A stretch of DNA of 64,000 nucleotides from Planctomycetota bacterium (GTDB taxonomy: Bacteria > Planctomycetota > UBA1135 > UBA2386), in contig JBKAGP010000001.1 in assembly GCA_046290465.1 (NCBI GenBank), positions 1,248,001 to 1,312,000 on the forward strand, given 5' to 3'. The notes under the pieces were generated by a model that ran no database searches, was not told the DNA's origin, and was given only the letters and a program-made list of their open reading frames with translations. Below, piece by piece: positions 29,024-44,577 of this stretch (positions are counted from its first letter, which is position 1; each line of letters starts with the position of its first letter). A program made the position numbers and the translations under genes.

Positions 29024-31093
29024 TCAGATCTTGAAGCGACGGACCAATTCCTTCATGGCTACCGCCTGCGCCGAGAGTTCCTCGGCCGAGGCAGCCATGT
29101 CGGTGGCGTTGCCGGAGTTGTTCTCCGTCAGCTTGGCGACGTTCTGGATCGCGCGGCCGACCTCTTCGGCGGTCGCCGACTGCTCGTCGGTGGCGCTGGC
29201 GATCTGCGAGATCGACTCGGCGGTGCTGGTGACGCCGTCGATGATCTGCTTCAACGCCTGGCCGGTCTCCTCGCTGAGCTTGGTGCCCTCGACCACGCGC
29301 TGCGTCGACTCGCGGATGAGCCCGGTGATCTGCTTGGCAGCCTCGCTCGAACGCTCGGCCAGCTTGCGGACCTCGTCGGCGACGACCGCGAAGCCGAGGC
29401 CGTGCTCGCCGGCGCGGGCCGCCTCGATCGCGGCGTTGAGCGCCAGCAGGTTGGTCTGGCTGGCGATCTCGCTGATCACCTGGATGATCTCGGAGATCTG
29501 CTCGCTCGAGCGGTTGATCTCCTTCATCGCGGTGATCGAGCGGTCGACGGCTTCGCCGCCGGCGCTGGCGCGGCGGCTGGTCTCGTCGGCGATCGAGTTG
29601 GCGTCCGAGGCGTTGCCCGCGATCATGCGGATGCTCTCGGTCAGCTGGTCGACCGACGCGGTCATCTCCTCGACCGTCGCGGCGTTGGTCTGCGAGGCCT
29701 CCGAGAGGCTCGACGACGCGTTCGAGATCGTGCCGGCCGAGGCGCTGAACTGCTCGGCGCCTTCCTTGATCTGCACGATGATCGACCGCAGGTCGGTGAT
29801 CATCGTGCGCAGGCCCTCGCCGAGCTGGCCGATCGGATCCTGCCCCTCGACGCTGTGCGACGCGGTCAGGTCGCCCTTGGCGGCGTCCTCGACGACGTGC
29901 AGCAGCGTGTCGACCTTGTCGCGCAGCTCCGCCGCGGCCTCGGCCTCGGCCTGGGCGCGGTCCTGGATCTCCTGCTCCATCTTCTTCTGGTCGGTGATCA
30001 GCTCCCAGTTGACGACCGCGCCGGCGAAGTTGCCGTCCCCGTCGAACAGGCCGCTGGCACTCAGCGAGACCGACTCGTCTCCGAGCTTGAACTCGGCGGT
30101 GTGGTTGCGGCCCTTCAGCGATTGCAGCAGCTTGCGCTGGTGGCTGGCGTCCTGGTGGAAGCGGTCGATCGAGCCGCCGACGACCTGGTCGGCACGCACT
30201 CCAAACTTGTCCATCATCACCGACTCGAGGTAGCGCAGCGTGCCCGCCGACTTCTCGTTGCCGTAGATGATGTTGAAGTCTGCATCGCAGACCAGGATGT
30301 TGGTCGCGACCGCGTTCATCGCGTCCGACGAGCGCCGGGCGTCCTCGGCCGTCTTGCGCTGCTCGGTGATGTCGGTCGCGAACTTGACGACCTTGATCGG
30401 CTGGCCGCTCTCGTCGGTGATCGGGAAGTAGGTGGCGTTGATCCAGATCTCCTCGCCCCCCTTGCGCAGCCGCAGGTAGTCGCCGTTGTCGGCCTCGCCG
30501 CGGTTGAGCTTGGCCCAGAACGCCTGGTATTCGGCCGACGCCGCGTATTCGGGCGTCACGAACATCCGGTGGTGCTTGCCCTGGATCTCCTGCAGCGAGT
30601 AGCCCACCGCCGCGCAGAAGTTGTCGTTGGCGGTGACGATGGTGCCGTCGAGATGGAACTCGATGACCGCCTGCTGCGAGCGCATCGCGTCGACCAGCTT
30701 GTTGCGCTCGTTGGCCGAGGTGGCCGCGGCGACGTCCGTGGTCACGACCTCCCAGGTGACGACCGCGCCCTGGAACGCGCCGCCCTCGTCGGTCATCGCG
30801 TTGCCCTGGAAGCGCAGCACTTCGTCGCCGACGTTCGCCTGCGCGTTCCAGCCGTCGTTGCCGGCGTTGGCCAGCGCGGCGGCGTCGCCGCCGGCGAGGC
30901 GCTGCAGCGGGCTGCCGACGACCTGCTGGGCCGACAGGCCGGCCTGCGCGAGCGCCGGGCCGAGGCCGGCCAGCGTCTGCATGGCCTGGCGGTTGCAGAA
31001 CTCGATCTGCAGTTCGGCGTCGACGACGAGCACGTTCGCCGCCGCGACGTTCAACGCCTGCACGAGGTCAGGCTGACTGTTCTTGGTTGCCAT
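29024..31093 (-). CDS. Soluble PAS-domain methyl-accepting chemotaxis protein (Aer2-like)
   Basis: No TM helix; three PAS-like units, a HAMP-like segment, and [34 protein letters not shown]. Confidence 0.93.
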   Translation of the reverse strand: MATKNSQPDLVQALNVAAANVLVVDAELQIEFCNRQAMQTLAGLGPALAQAGLSAQQVVGSPLQRLAGGDAAALANAGNDGWNAQANVGDEVLRFQGNAMTDEGGAFQGAVVTWEVVTTDVAAATSANERNKLVDAMRSQQAVIEFHLDGTIVTANDNFCAAVGYSLQEIQGKHHRMFVTPEYAASAEYQAFWAKLNRGEADNGDYLRLRKGGEEIWINATYFPITDESGQPIKVVKFATDITEQRKTAEDARRSSDAMNAVATNILVCDADFNIIYGNEKSAGTLRYLESVMMDKFGVRADQVVGGSIDRFHQDASHQRKLLQSLKGRNHTAEFKLGDESVSLSASGLFDGDGNFAGAVVNWELITDQKKMEQEIQDRAQAEAEAAAELRDKVDTLLHVVEDAAKGDLTASHSVEGQDPIGQLGEGLRTMITDLRSIIVQIKEGAEQFSASAGTISNASSSLSEASQTNAATVEEMTASVDQLTESIRMIAGNASDANSIADETSRRASAGGEAVDRSITAMKEINRSSEQISEIIQVISEIASQTNLLALNAAIEAARAGEHGLGFAVVADEVRKLAERSSEAAKQITGLIRESTQRVVEGTKLSEETGQALKQIIDGVTSTAESISQIASATDEQSATAEEVGRAIQNVAKLTENNSGNATDMAASAEELSAQAVAMKELVRRFKI

Positions 31094-31095
31094 CG

Positions 31096-31716
31096 TTACG
31101 ACTCTCCCTTCGTCCCTTGATTGCTGACTTCCCCGAGCTCCCCGCCACCCAGCAGGCGAGCCATGTCCAACAGAATGAGCAGGCGCTCTCCACGGCGCGC
31201 GAGCCCGGTGATGTAGTCCTTGCCGGCGCCGGACAGCGACGGCGGCGTCGGCGACACTTCGTCCTCCGCCAGGCGCAGCACCTCGTTGACGCCGTCGACG
31301 ACGACGCCGACGGTGCGGCCGTTGAGGTTCATGACCACGATGCGCGTCGCGTCCTCGGCCGGCTGGTCGGGCATGCCGAACCGACGGCGCAGGTTGAGGA
31401 TCGGGATCACGTTGCCGCGCAGGTTGATCACGCCGAGCACGTGCTCGGGGACCTCGGGGACCTGCGTGATGCAGCCGTACAGGATGATCTCCTGCACGGT
31501 CATGATGTCGACGCCGTATTCCTCATCTCCGAGGCAGAAGCTCACGACCTGCGAGCTCTTGGCGTCAGCACCCAGCGTCTTGGCGCGCTGGGTCGCGGCA
31601 TCCTCCGTCGCGGCCGCAGCGTCCGGCGTCGGAGCCGTCGTAGCGATCGCCGCCGCGTCGTCCGCGGCGTTCTGCTCGTCGACCGGAGTCTCCCCCGGCG
31701 CATCGGTTGCAGTCAT
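31096..31716 (-). CDS. cheW: Chemotaxis coupling protein CheW
   Basis: [41 protein letters not shown]. Confidence 0.95.
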   Translation of the reverse strand: MTATDAPGETPVDEQNAADDAAAIATTAPTPDAAAATEDAATQRAKTLGADAKSSQVVSFCLGDEEYGVDIMTVQEIILYGCITQVPEVPEHVLGVINLRGNVIPILNLRRRFGMPDQPAEDATRIVVMNLNGRTVGVVVDGVNEVLRLAEDEVSPTPPSLSGAGKDYITGLARRGERLLILLDMARLLGGGELGEVSNQGTKGES

Positions 31717-31830
31717 CGAAACCTCCTGGCGTGTGGTGTTCGCCAGGGCTTTCGCACCCCGGCACCAACAACGTCGGCACCGTGGATGCGGGGTTTCGAC
31801 GGGTTTGTCCCCTACTGCCTAAGAACGCTT

Positions 31831-31856
31831 GGGAGCATCCACTCGGGGATGCTCCC
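31831..31856. other. Perfect 10-bp inverted repeat (terminator or operator) between guaA and cheW
   Basis: GGGAGCATCC-ACTCGG-GGATGCTCCC, with no strong U-tract. Confidence 0.55.
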
Positions 31857-31890
31857 GGGTTGTACCGGTTCGGGTCACTGCCGCGGTCTC

Positions 31891-35373
<3,483 letters not shown>

Positions 35374-35374
<1 letters not shown>

Positions 35375-36942
35375 CAGTCGCGGCGGAACACGGCCCTGGC
35401 CGGATCGTCGCGGTGCGCGCAGTGCACGTCCTTGCGGTTGACGGCGAGGTGCAGCAGCGTCGGCCAGCAGTCGGCGGGGTCGGCCCCCACCTCGGCGGCC
35501 AGCGCCGCGACGTCGCGCGGTTCGGCGGTGACGGCCGCGAGCAGCCGCCCCTGCAGCGCCAGCACCTCGCCGGCGGCCTTCTTGCCGGCCTCGACGCCGG
35601 GCTGGTGGTAGGCGTTGGTGTCGATCAGTTCGGCGTAGATCGAGACGGTGCGCTCGAACAGGCCGATCAGCGCCCCCAGCACCCGCTCGTCGATGCGGTC
35701 GACGCAGATCGTCGCCGAGCTGCGACCACTGTCGTGCAGCGCCCGGCGCGTGCCCTGCCAGAAGCCGTCGAGGTAGTCGCCGGCGGTGACGCCGGGCTCG
35801 ACCTCGTGGTGGCCCTGATCGCGGTCCTTCAGCACGCGCACGAACGTCGCGAAGAAGTCGTGGCGGCCGTCGCGCAGCTGCTGCACGTAGGCGTGCTGGT
35901 CGGTCGACCCCTTGTTGCCGTAGACGGCGATGCCCTGGTGGACCTGGTTGCCCTGGCGGTCGTGCTCCTTGCCGAGCGACTCCATCACCAGCTGCTGCAG
36001 GTAGCGCGACAGCAGCAGCAGACGGTCCTTGTACGGCAGCACGACCATCGCGCGTTCGCCCTTGCCGCGACCTTCGTGGTGCCAGTACGCGGCCAGCATC
36101 GCGGCCGGGTTGGCGTAGACGTCCGGGTTGCGGGTGGCGTCGTCCATCGCGGCGGCGCCGGCCAGGAACGCGCGCACGTCCATGCCGATCAGTGCCCCGG
36201 GCAGCAGCCCGACCGCCGACGTCACCGAGGTGCGGCCGCCGACCCAGTCCCACATCGGCAGGGTCTTCAGCCAGCCGTCGTCCTGGGCGCGCTGGTGCAG
36301 CTTGCTGCCGTCGGTGGTGATCGCGACCGCGCGCGGACCGAACGACAGGCCCTGCGCCTCGACCGCGCGCTGCACCTCGAGCATGCCGTTGCGGGTCTCC
36401 GGCGTGCCGCCCGACTTGCTGATCACGACGACCAGCGCGTCCTGCAGCGCGCCCACCCGCTGCAGCGCGAGATCGATGCCCTCGGGGTCGGTGTTGTCGA
36501 GCACCGTCAACGCCATCGGCGCGTCCGGCGTCTGGAACGCGTCGGCCAGCAGCATCGGTCCGAGCGCCGAGCCGCCGATGCCGCACAGCACCACCTTGGT
36601 GAACGCGCCGCCCTCGGGTGGCGCGATGCTGCCGGTGTGCACGGCCTGCGCGAACTGCTCGACGTCGTCGATGGTCGCCTTGATCGCCTCCTCGAGTCCG
36701 GGCTCCGGCGCCAGGCCCGGCGCACGCAGCCAGAAGTGGCCGACGCGGCGGCCCTCGTCCGGGTTGGCGATGCTGCCGGCCTCGAGCTCGCGCATCGCGA
36801 CCAGCGCGCGGTCGAGCGCGGGTTGCAGCGACGCGACGTCGGCTTCGACGAGGGCCGAGTGCGACAGGTCGAGCTCGACGAACGGGTCGTCGAGCACGCT
36901 GCGGAAACGGAGATAACGACCGAAGCGGGTAGAGGTATCCAT
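35374..36942 (-). CDS. pgi: Glucose-6-phosphate isomerase
   Basis: GIGGSALG, SKSGGTPET, VGGRTS, QQLVMESLGK, GSTDQH, YHQPGVEAGK. Confidence 0.97.
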
Positions 36943-36978
36943 TGCGGCGCGGGTCCGCGCGGATGGTAGTCTCAGCGG

Positions 36979-38454
36979 ATGGACCGCTCCACCGCGATCC
37001 TCGTCGCGCTGATCGCCTTTCTCGTCGCCCTGCTGGTGATCGGGTTCCGCGCCTCGAGACGCACGCACGACTCGGATGGCTTCTACCTCGGCGGCCGCTC
37101 GCTCGGCCCGTGGGTCGCCGCCCTGGCCGCCAACGCCAGTTCGTCGTCGGCGTGGAGCATCGTCGGCGCCAGCGGCTTCGCCTACCGCTTCGGAATGACC
37201 GCGCTGTGGCTGATCCCCGGCTGCGTCGGCGGCTTCCTGCTCAACTGGTTCGTGGTCGCGCCGCGGCTGCGCGCCGACACCGGCGACGCGATCACGCTGA
37301 CCGACTACCTGGCGGGCCCGGTCGGCGCGCCGGGCCGCCGGCGCATCGCGGTGTTCGCGTCGCTGCTGACGCTGGCGTCGCTGCTGACCTACGTCGCCGC
37401 GCAGATGCAGGCCGCCGGCGCGGCGTTCGGGCACGCGTTCCCGGCGACGTTCGGCGGCGACGCCAGCGTCGGCATCGTCATCGGCGCGGTCGTCACGGTG
37501 CTCTACACGCTGTTCGGCGGCTATTTGGCCGCCAGCGTCACCGACACCGTGCAGGGGCTGCTGATGGCGGCGGTCGCCGTGGTCGTGCCGGCCGCGGCGC
37601 TGGTGCACGCCGGCGGCGTCGGGCCGTTCTTCGACGCGGTCGCCAACCTCGGCGCCGACGGCACGTTCACCGAGCTCGACCGCGGCATCGACGCCGAACA
37701 CTGGCTCGGCCTGGGCGGCGCCAACCAGGGCGCCGCGGCGTTCGCGTTCGCGTTCGGGCTGGTCGGCATCGGCCTCGGCTACCCCGGCCAGCCGCACGCG
37801 GTGAACAAGTACATGGGCATGTCGCCGGACGCGTCGATGACCGTCGCGCGCACCGTCGGCCTGACCTGGGCGGTCGTGCTCTACACCGGCATGCTGGTGC
37901 TCGGCTGGTCGGTGCGGATCTGGTTCCCGATGGCTGCCGGCGAGCACGAGTCGGCGATCTACGAGGCGAGCAAGAACCTGCTGCCGGTCGCCGTCGACGG
38001 CGTCGTCGTCGCCAGCGTGCTGGCGGCGATCATGTCGACGGTCGACAGCCAGCTGCTGGTCTGTGCCAGCTCGGTCAGCCACGACCTCGGCCTCGCCAGG
38101 CGCTTTCCCGACCGCATGCTCGCGATCGCGCGCGGCACGGTGCTGGCGATCGGCCTCGGCGCCCTGGTCGCCGCGCTGCTGCTGCCCAAGGACGTGTTCG
38201 GCAACGTGATGTTCGCGTGGGCGGCGCTGGGCTCGGCGTTCGGCCCGATCCTGCTGGTGCGGCTGTGCGTCGGCCCGGTGGCACCGAACTGGGGCTTCCT
38301 GTCGATGCTGGTCGGCGGCGGCAGCGCGGTGCTGTTCTTCTACGTCAACCGGATGCAGCTGACCGACGTGCCGGCCGGCTTCCTCGACCGGGTCGTCTCG
38401 TGGCTGCTCGCGCTCGTGATTGCCTTTGTGGGCACGCGCCGTGCCAGCCGATAG
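36979..38454 (+). CDS. Sodium:solute (PutP-like proline) symporter
   Basis: FYLGGRSLGP, YTLFGGYLAASVTDTVQG, GYPGQPH, AAIMSTVDSQLL; many TM helices. Confidence 0.9.
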   Translation: MDRSTAILVALIAFLVALLVIGFRASRRTHDSDGFYLGGRSLGPWVAALAANASSSSAWSIVGASGFAYRFGMTALWLIPGCVGGFLLNWFVVAPRLRADTGDAITLTDYLAGPVGAPGRRRIAVFASLLTLASLLTYVAAQMQAAGAAFGHAFPATFGGDASVGIVIGAVVTVLYTLFGGYLAASVTDTVQGLLMAAVAVVVPAAALVHAGGVGPFFDAVANLGADGTFTELDRGIDAEHWLGLGGANQGAAAFAFAFGLVGIGLGYPGQPHAVNKYMGMSPDASMTVARTVGLTWAVVLYTGMLVLGWSVRIWFPMAAGEHESAIYEASKNLLPVAVDGVVVASVLAAIMSTVDSQLLVCASSVSHDLGLARRFPDRMLAIARGTVLAIGLGALVAALLLPKDVFGNVMFAWAALGSAFGPILLVRLCVGPVAPNWGFLSMLVGGGSAVLFFYVNRMQLTDVPAGFLDRVVSWLLALVIAFVGTRRASR

Positions 38455-38464
38455 AACGGCGGTC

Positions 38465-39616
<1,152 letters not shown>

Positions 39617-39684
39617 GCCGCGCTGCCATCGGCGGTTCGGGCCGCGGTTGACCGCCGCGCGGCGCCGCGACGATACCAGCCGCG

Positions 39685-41570
39685 ATGACCGGTCGCAGGA
39701 CCGCAGAAGGGACCAAGCCGCCGCGCACCGGGCCGCTCGCCGGGTGCGTCACGGCGTTCGCGTCGGCGGTCAAGAACCTGACGATCTACCCGCGCAGCCA
39801 CCCGAGGGTGGTTGCGCGCGCCGACGAGTTCGTGCAGTGCCTCGCCGCGATCGACGCCGGCGACCTCGAACTGGCGGTGCACACCGGCGGTCTGCGGGTG
39901 CACGGTGCGGACCTCGCAGCCGACCATCTCGCGGTCCAGTGGCTGGCCCAGCGCTGCCGCGAGGCCGGGGTCCGCGCGATCGCGATCGCCTCCGAATTGC
40001 CGTCCCGACGACGTGCTCTCGTTCGGCGAAGCCCTGACCGCCTGCCGACCCGGCTCGGGGCCAGAGCCTGCCGCAGATCTGGCCGTCCGCCGACGCGCGC
40101 GTGCGGCCACTCGAGCTGGTCGTCGGCGAGCGGCGCTCGGCGCAGGCCACCGCGGCCCCGGACGGCACGCCACCACCGGCCGGCCCGCCCGCCGTGCCGG
40201 ACGTGCCGAGCGACCTGCGCAGCCTGCTGCAACGGATCGCCGAACGTCCTCAGGTGCGCAGCCTGATCGAGGCCCTCGCCGAAGCGGGCGGTGACGGTGT
40301 CGCCACCGGCTCGACGACCCGGCAGGTCGACCTGCTCGGCGTGATCGGCGCACGCATCCCCGCCGACGCGCCGACCGAGCTCGAACCGCTCGCCGCCACC
40401 ATCGAGCAGATCCTGTCGCGAACGCTCGAGGACGCGATCGAGCTGGCCCGCTGCGACAGCCAGGTGCGCGGCGCCGACCTGATGCGCAGTGCGGTGCAGG
40501 TGGCGCAGACGTACTTCGGCCGCTCGGACGTGGCCCCGCCGCAGTCGCGCGCGTTGCCCTCGGGGCGCCCCGAGGACGACTCGATCGCAGCCGACCTGCC
40601 CGCGCTGCTCGACGAACTGCGGGCCCTGCCCGCGGCCGAGGACCTGCGCCTGCCGCCCGCGCACGAACTCGATCTCGGCGCACCGACCATCGACCGGGAA
40701 CTGCTCGGCATCTGCCTGCACGGTCTGGCCGACGCGACCAGCACCGAGCGGCGCGCTGCGCTGCTGCGCTGGGTCGCGTCGACCGCGACGCGCGCGCCCG
40801 ACGGCGTCGACCAGGTGCTGCACGCCTACCTCGGGCCGCACAGCGCGTTGCCCCAGCCCACACGCCTCAGGATCCTGTCGGGCATGCTCGCAGCGGACCT
40901 GGTCGACACCGTGCGGCACGGTGGCTACCTCGACGACGACCTGTTGCGCGGCGGCTTCCCCGAGGTGCTGGCGCTGGCGGCGCGGACGTTCCGCGAGCCG
41001 GACGACTTCCGCCGGCTGCGCCTCGCGCTCGACGACATCGCGCCGCTGCTCGACAACGGCGGCGCCGACGCCGCTGCCGACGCCGGACACCTGGATGCGG
41101 ACCAGACGATCCGGCTGCTGGCCCGAACCGGCGGCCGCGCTGCGCTGCAACTGCTGGCGCGCAGCCGCAACCGCGACGGCCTGCGCGACGCCATGGTCGA
41201 AAGCGCGCGCGACCTCGGCCTGCCCGACGCCGAACGGATCGCGCTCGAGCGCAACCTCGCCGAACGCCTGCCGCGAGCCTACCAGGAGCGCCTGCTGCAG
41301 GCGTGCGCCGACGGAGCGTTCCCGTCGGCGCTGCGCGCCACCACCGCCGAGATCCTGAGCTCATACCTGCGAGGCAACCTGCGCACGGTGCCGGCGGCGG
41401 AGCTCGCGGACGCCGTCGACGCGCTCGAGCAGATCCCGTGCGCCCAGACTCGCACCTGCCTGGAGGCGCTGGCCCGGGCCGGCCGATTCTCGCTGTCCGC
41501 GGACCTGCGGGCGCTGCGGCAGCGAGCCCGCGAAGTGCTCGACCGCGCCTTCGGGAGAGCACGGTCATGA
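39685..41570 (+). pseudogene. Helical-repeat partner of the HD-GYP protein, broken by two apparent +1 frameshifts (pseudogene or sequencing error)
   Basis: Coding signal moves from frame 1 to frame 2 near 39990 and to frame 3 at GGGG 40057-40060. The joined product is about 627 aa and overlaps the next ATG (ATGA). Confidence 0.7.
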
Positions 41571-42976
41571 CCATCCCGCCCCCGGACGAGCGCGAGCGCA
41601 TCGACACCCGGACCGAGGCCACGCTGCTGGCCGAGGACCTGGCCGCAGCGCTCGTCAACAGCCGCATCTACGCGCTCGACCACCCGCGCGTACGCAGCTC
41701 GGTCGACCAGGTCCACCAGCGTGTGCGAACCCTGTGCGAGACCGAAGACACCCCGTCGGTCCGACTCGGCTCCTGGGACGGTATGGTCATCTACCGGCAG
41801 AAGCCGCTGCTCGGCGCCAGCATGGGCATGCAGCGCTGGAACGACAAGCTCGCCGAGTTCGGCGCTGGCGGCGTCGAGTTCGACGCCGGCGTCTCCACCT
41901 CCGACCTGCAGCTGTTCTTCGCGACCGTGCTCGAACGGCAACAACAGCCGCTCGACTGGTCGCAGTGCAACGAGCGGCTCGCCGCGCGCCAATGCGTCGG
42001 CATGCGGTTGCTGCCGCCGTACAGCGATGGCATCGAGCACGCGATCGGCGAGCCGGTGCAGCTCGGCCTCGGCTTCCACCAGAACGTCATGGACCTGCTG
42101 CAGAACGTCACCGTGCAGGTGTGTCGTGGCGGGCGGATCGACTTCGACCCGGTGCAGGCACAGGCCGAGCAGATGCTGCACCGCCTCGAGGCGCGCGACG
42201 AGCTGCGCCTGAGCCTCGCGCGGCACGAGCAGTTCGATGCGTTCACGTTCGGCCACTCGATGCGCGTCGCGATCCTGGCGATGAACTTCGCGATACAGCT
42301 GACCGACGACCGCGACCTGGTGGTGCGCATCGGCAGCGCGGCGCTGCTGCACGACGTCGGCAAGTCGCTGATTCCGTTCGAGATCCTGCACAGCCATCGG
42401 CAACTCGACGAGGACGAACGGCGCGAGATGAACCGCCACGCCGAGCTCGGCGCGCAGTGCCTGCTCGATCACGACGACGCCGACCCGCTCGCGGTCGCCG
42501 CCGCCTTCGGCCACCACCGCAGCGGCGACGGCAGCGGCTACCCGCGCACCACGCACGACCACCCGGTCTCGATGGTCACGTCGATCGTCAAGATCTGCGA
42601 CATCTTCGAAGCCCTGACCGCCGCGCGTCCGTACAAGCAGCCGATGTCGCCGATCCGCGCCTACCGCGTCATGCTCGCCATGGGCGACAAGCTCGATCGG
42701 CGCCTGCTGCGTCGCTTCATCGAGTCCAACGGCGTATACCCGGTCGGCCAACTGGTCGAGCTCGACGACGGCACCGTCGCCGTCGTGCGCGCCCAGACCG
42801 ACGATGCCCTGCGGCCCAAGGTCGAACGGCTCGAGGCACCGAACGTGACCGACCTGGTGCGCGGCGACGAACCGCTGCTCGACCTCAGCGACCTGCCGTG
42901 CGACTGCGCTCGTCAGGTGCTGCGCGAACTGACGCCGGACCAGGCCGAGACCCGACGGGCAGAGCGCCGCGGCTGA
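41567..42976 (+). CDS. HD-GYP domain phosphodiesterase
   Basis: TFGHSMRV, ALLHDVGK, HH...DGSGYP, DIFEALTAARPYK, GVYPVG. Confidence 0.92.
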   Translation: MTIPPPDERERIDTRTEATLLAEDLAAALVNSRIYALDHPRVRSSVDQVHQRVRTLCETEDTPSVRLGSWDGMVIYRQKPLLGASMGMQRWNDKLAEFGAGGVEFDAGVSTSDLQLFFATVLERQQQPLDWSQCNERLAARQCVGMRLLPPYSDGIEHAIGEPVQLGLGFHQNVMDLLQNVTVQVCRGGRIDFDPVQAQAEQMLHRLEARDELRLSLARHEQFDAFTFGHSMRVAILAMNFAIQLTDDRDLVVRIGSAALLHDVGKSLIPFEILHSHRQLDEDERREMNRHAELGAQCLLDHDDADPLAVAAAFGHHRSGDGSGYPRTTHDHPVSMVTSIVKICDIFEALTAARPYKQPMSPIRAYRVMLAMGDKLDRRLLRRFIESNGVYPVGQLVELDDGTVAVVRAQTDDALRPKVERLEAPNVTDLVRGDEPLLDLSDLPCDCARQVLRELTPDQAETRRAERRG

Positions 42977-43074
42977 CGCGGCGCAGCCACGGCCGCAAGC
43001 GGCCCGCAGGGTCGCCCCAGGACAACGAGTCCCCAAGGCCAACGAGCCATCGACCAGCTGTCGACCACTGCCGA

Positions 43075-44439
43075 CTAACTGCCGATGCGCGCGCGGCCGA
43101 GGCCGGTGGCGCCGGGGAACAGCTGGCTGCTGGCGAAGTCGACCACCAGGCCCTGGCAGAAGAACTGCAGGCCGTAGATGGCCGGCGAGTTGGGCAGCAC
43201 GAAGCTGTGCGACGCCACGCCGCCGCTGGCGAGCGAGAACACCGTGACCTCGGCGGACGTGCGCAACTCGCACCCGGGCAGACCGATCGCGGCGAGGTCC
43301 GCCGGCAGCGGCACGCCGTTCCACACGGTGTCCGACTCGCCGTATGCGGTCAGCACGCCGGTCGCCGTGCCGAGGTTGCCGTAGTCGAGGTCGAACGACT
43401 GGCCGATCGTCGGCGTCGTTCCGGAGAACGTCACCGCCCCGCCCGCCGGCGGGCAGTCCGGCCCGTAGATCGTGAAGTCGCCGGTCTGCGCCGCCTGGTA
43501 GGTCCAGAGGTCGTTCTGCACGCCAGGGCCGTAACCGCCGAACGTGATCAGCCGGCTGTTCAGCAGATCGTAGGCGGAGTTGTCAAAGTCCCGGCGAGGG
43601 CTCGGCGAGGTCGCCGGCGCGCGCTCGATCCAGTCGTAGCCGTCCCACTCCCAGGTGTCGCCGACGTTCTGGAACGACTGGATGAAGCCGCCGAACAGCA
43701 CGATGCGCTGCGCCACCAGGTCGTACTCGATCGTCGCGGAGACCCGCACGCCGGGCGAGTTGGCCGGAAACCGCTGCGTCCAGTCGCTGCCGTCGTACTC
43801 CCACGTCTCGCCGTTGTAGACGTTGGTCGAGGTGTCGCCGCCGTGCAGGACCATGACCCCGCGGTTGGCGTCGAACGCCATCCGGCAGTTGCGACCCGAC
43901 GGCGCGTTGGGCGTCTGGATCTGCGTCCAGTCGACGCCGTCCCACTCCCAGGTGTCGTTCTGGTAGCCGCCGCCGAACATCACGACGACCCCGCGGATCG
44001 AGTCGTACGCCATGCCCTGCTGGCGGCGGTTGGGAGGCACCGTGCTCGGCTGCGCCAGCGTCCAGTCGACGCCGTCCCACAGCCAGGTCTCGCTCAGCGG
44101 TCCGTTCGTCAGCCCGCCGAACATCACGGTGTTGCCGCGGATCAGGTCGTAGCACATCGCGCCGAGGTAGCGTCCGGGAGGCACCGTGGTCGGAGCCATC
44201 TGCGTCCAGCTGGTCCCGTCGAACTCCCAGGTGTCGTCCTGGTAGGAGACGGCGGCGAGGCGCCCGCCGAACACCACCAGCTTGCCGCGCGCGATGTCGA
44301 ACGAGGTCTGGTGCTGCCAGCGCGGCGCCGGCACCGGCCCGGTCGGGTTCAGCTGCACCCAGTTGCCCTGGGCGCAGGCGGCGGTGTGGACCGAAAACGC
44401 CGCGGTGATCGCGGCGACGAGGTGGGCGGTTGCGTTCAT
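43075..44439 (-). CDS. Secreted kelch-like beta-propeller protein
   Basis: Signal peptide; about 6 repeats of P.R...M.YD..RG..V.FGG...DTWEWDG..W; distinct C-terminal domain. Confidence 0.85.
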   Translation of the reverse strand: MNATAHLVAAITAAFSVHTAACAQGNWVQLNPTGPVPAPRWQHQTSFDIARGKLVVFGGRLAAVSYQDDTWEFDGTSWTQMAPTTVPPGRYLGAMCYDLIRGNTVMFGGLTNGPLSETWLWDGVDWTLAQPSTVPPNRRQQGMAYDSIRGVVVMFGGGYQNDTWEWDGVDWTQIQTPNAPSGRNCRMAFDANRGVMVLHGGDTSTNVYNGETWEYDGSDWTQRFPANSPGVRVSATIEYDLVAQRIVLFGGFIQSFQNVGDTWEWDGYDWIERAPATSPSPRRDFDNSAYDLLNSRLITFGGYGPGVQNDLWTYQAAQTGDFTIYGPDCPPAGGAVTFSGTTPTIGQSFDLDYGNLGTATGVLTAYGESDTVWNGVPLPADLAAIGLPGCELRTSAEVTVFSLASGGVASHSFVLPNSPAIYGLQFFCQGLVVDFASSQLFPGATGLGRARIGS

Positions 44440-44577
44440 GAGCGAGGTGGGATCTTCTCCTTGCGGCCCACTCTACCGCCGCTGGCCGCCCCAGGGCAGC
44501 CCCGGCGATCGCGGCCAGCCCCGGCGGCGTCGGGCCAGCCGTTCGCCACCCGGGCGGCCTTGCCGCAACCGATTCCC

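Noticed and set aside
31760..31815. c-di-GMP-I riboswitch upstream of cheW (GGACAAACCC...GAAA)
   Set aside because: The bases after GAAA cannot pair to form P2, and the GCAAA/P3 pattern is absent.
40035..40037. UGA as a third selenocysteine site
   Set aside because: No redox motif; better explained as an out-of-frame stop between the two frameshifts.
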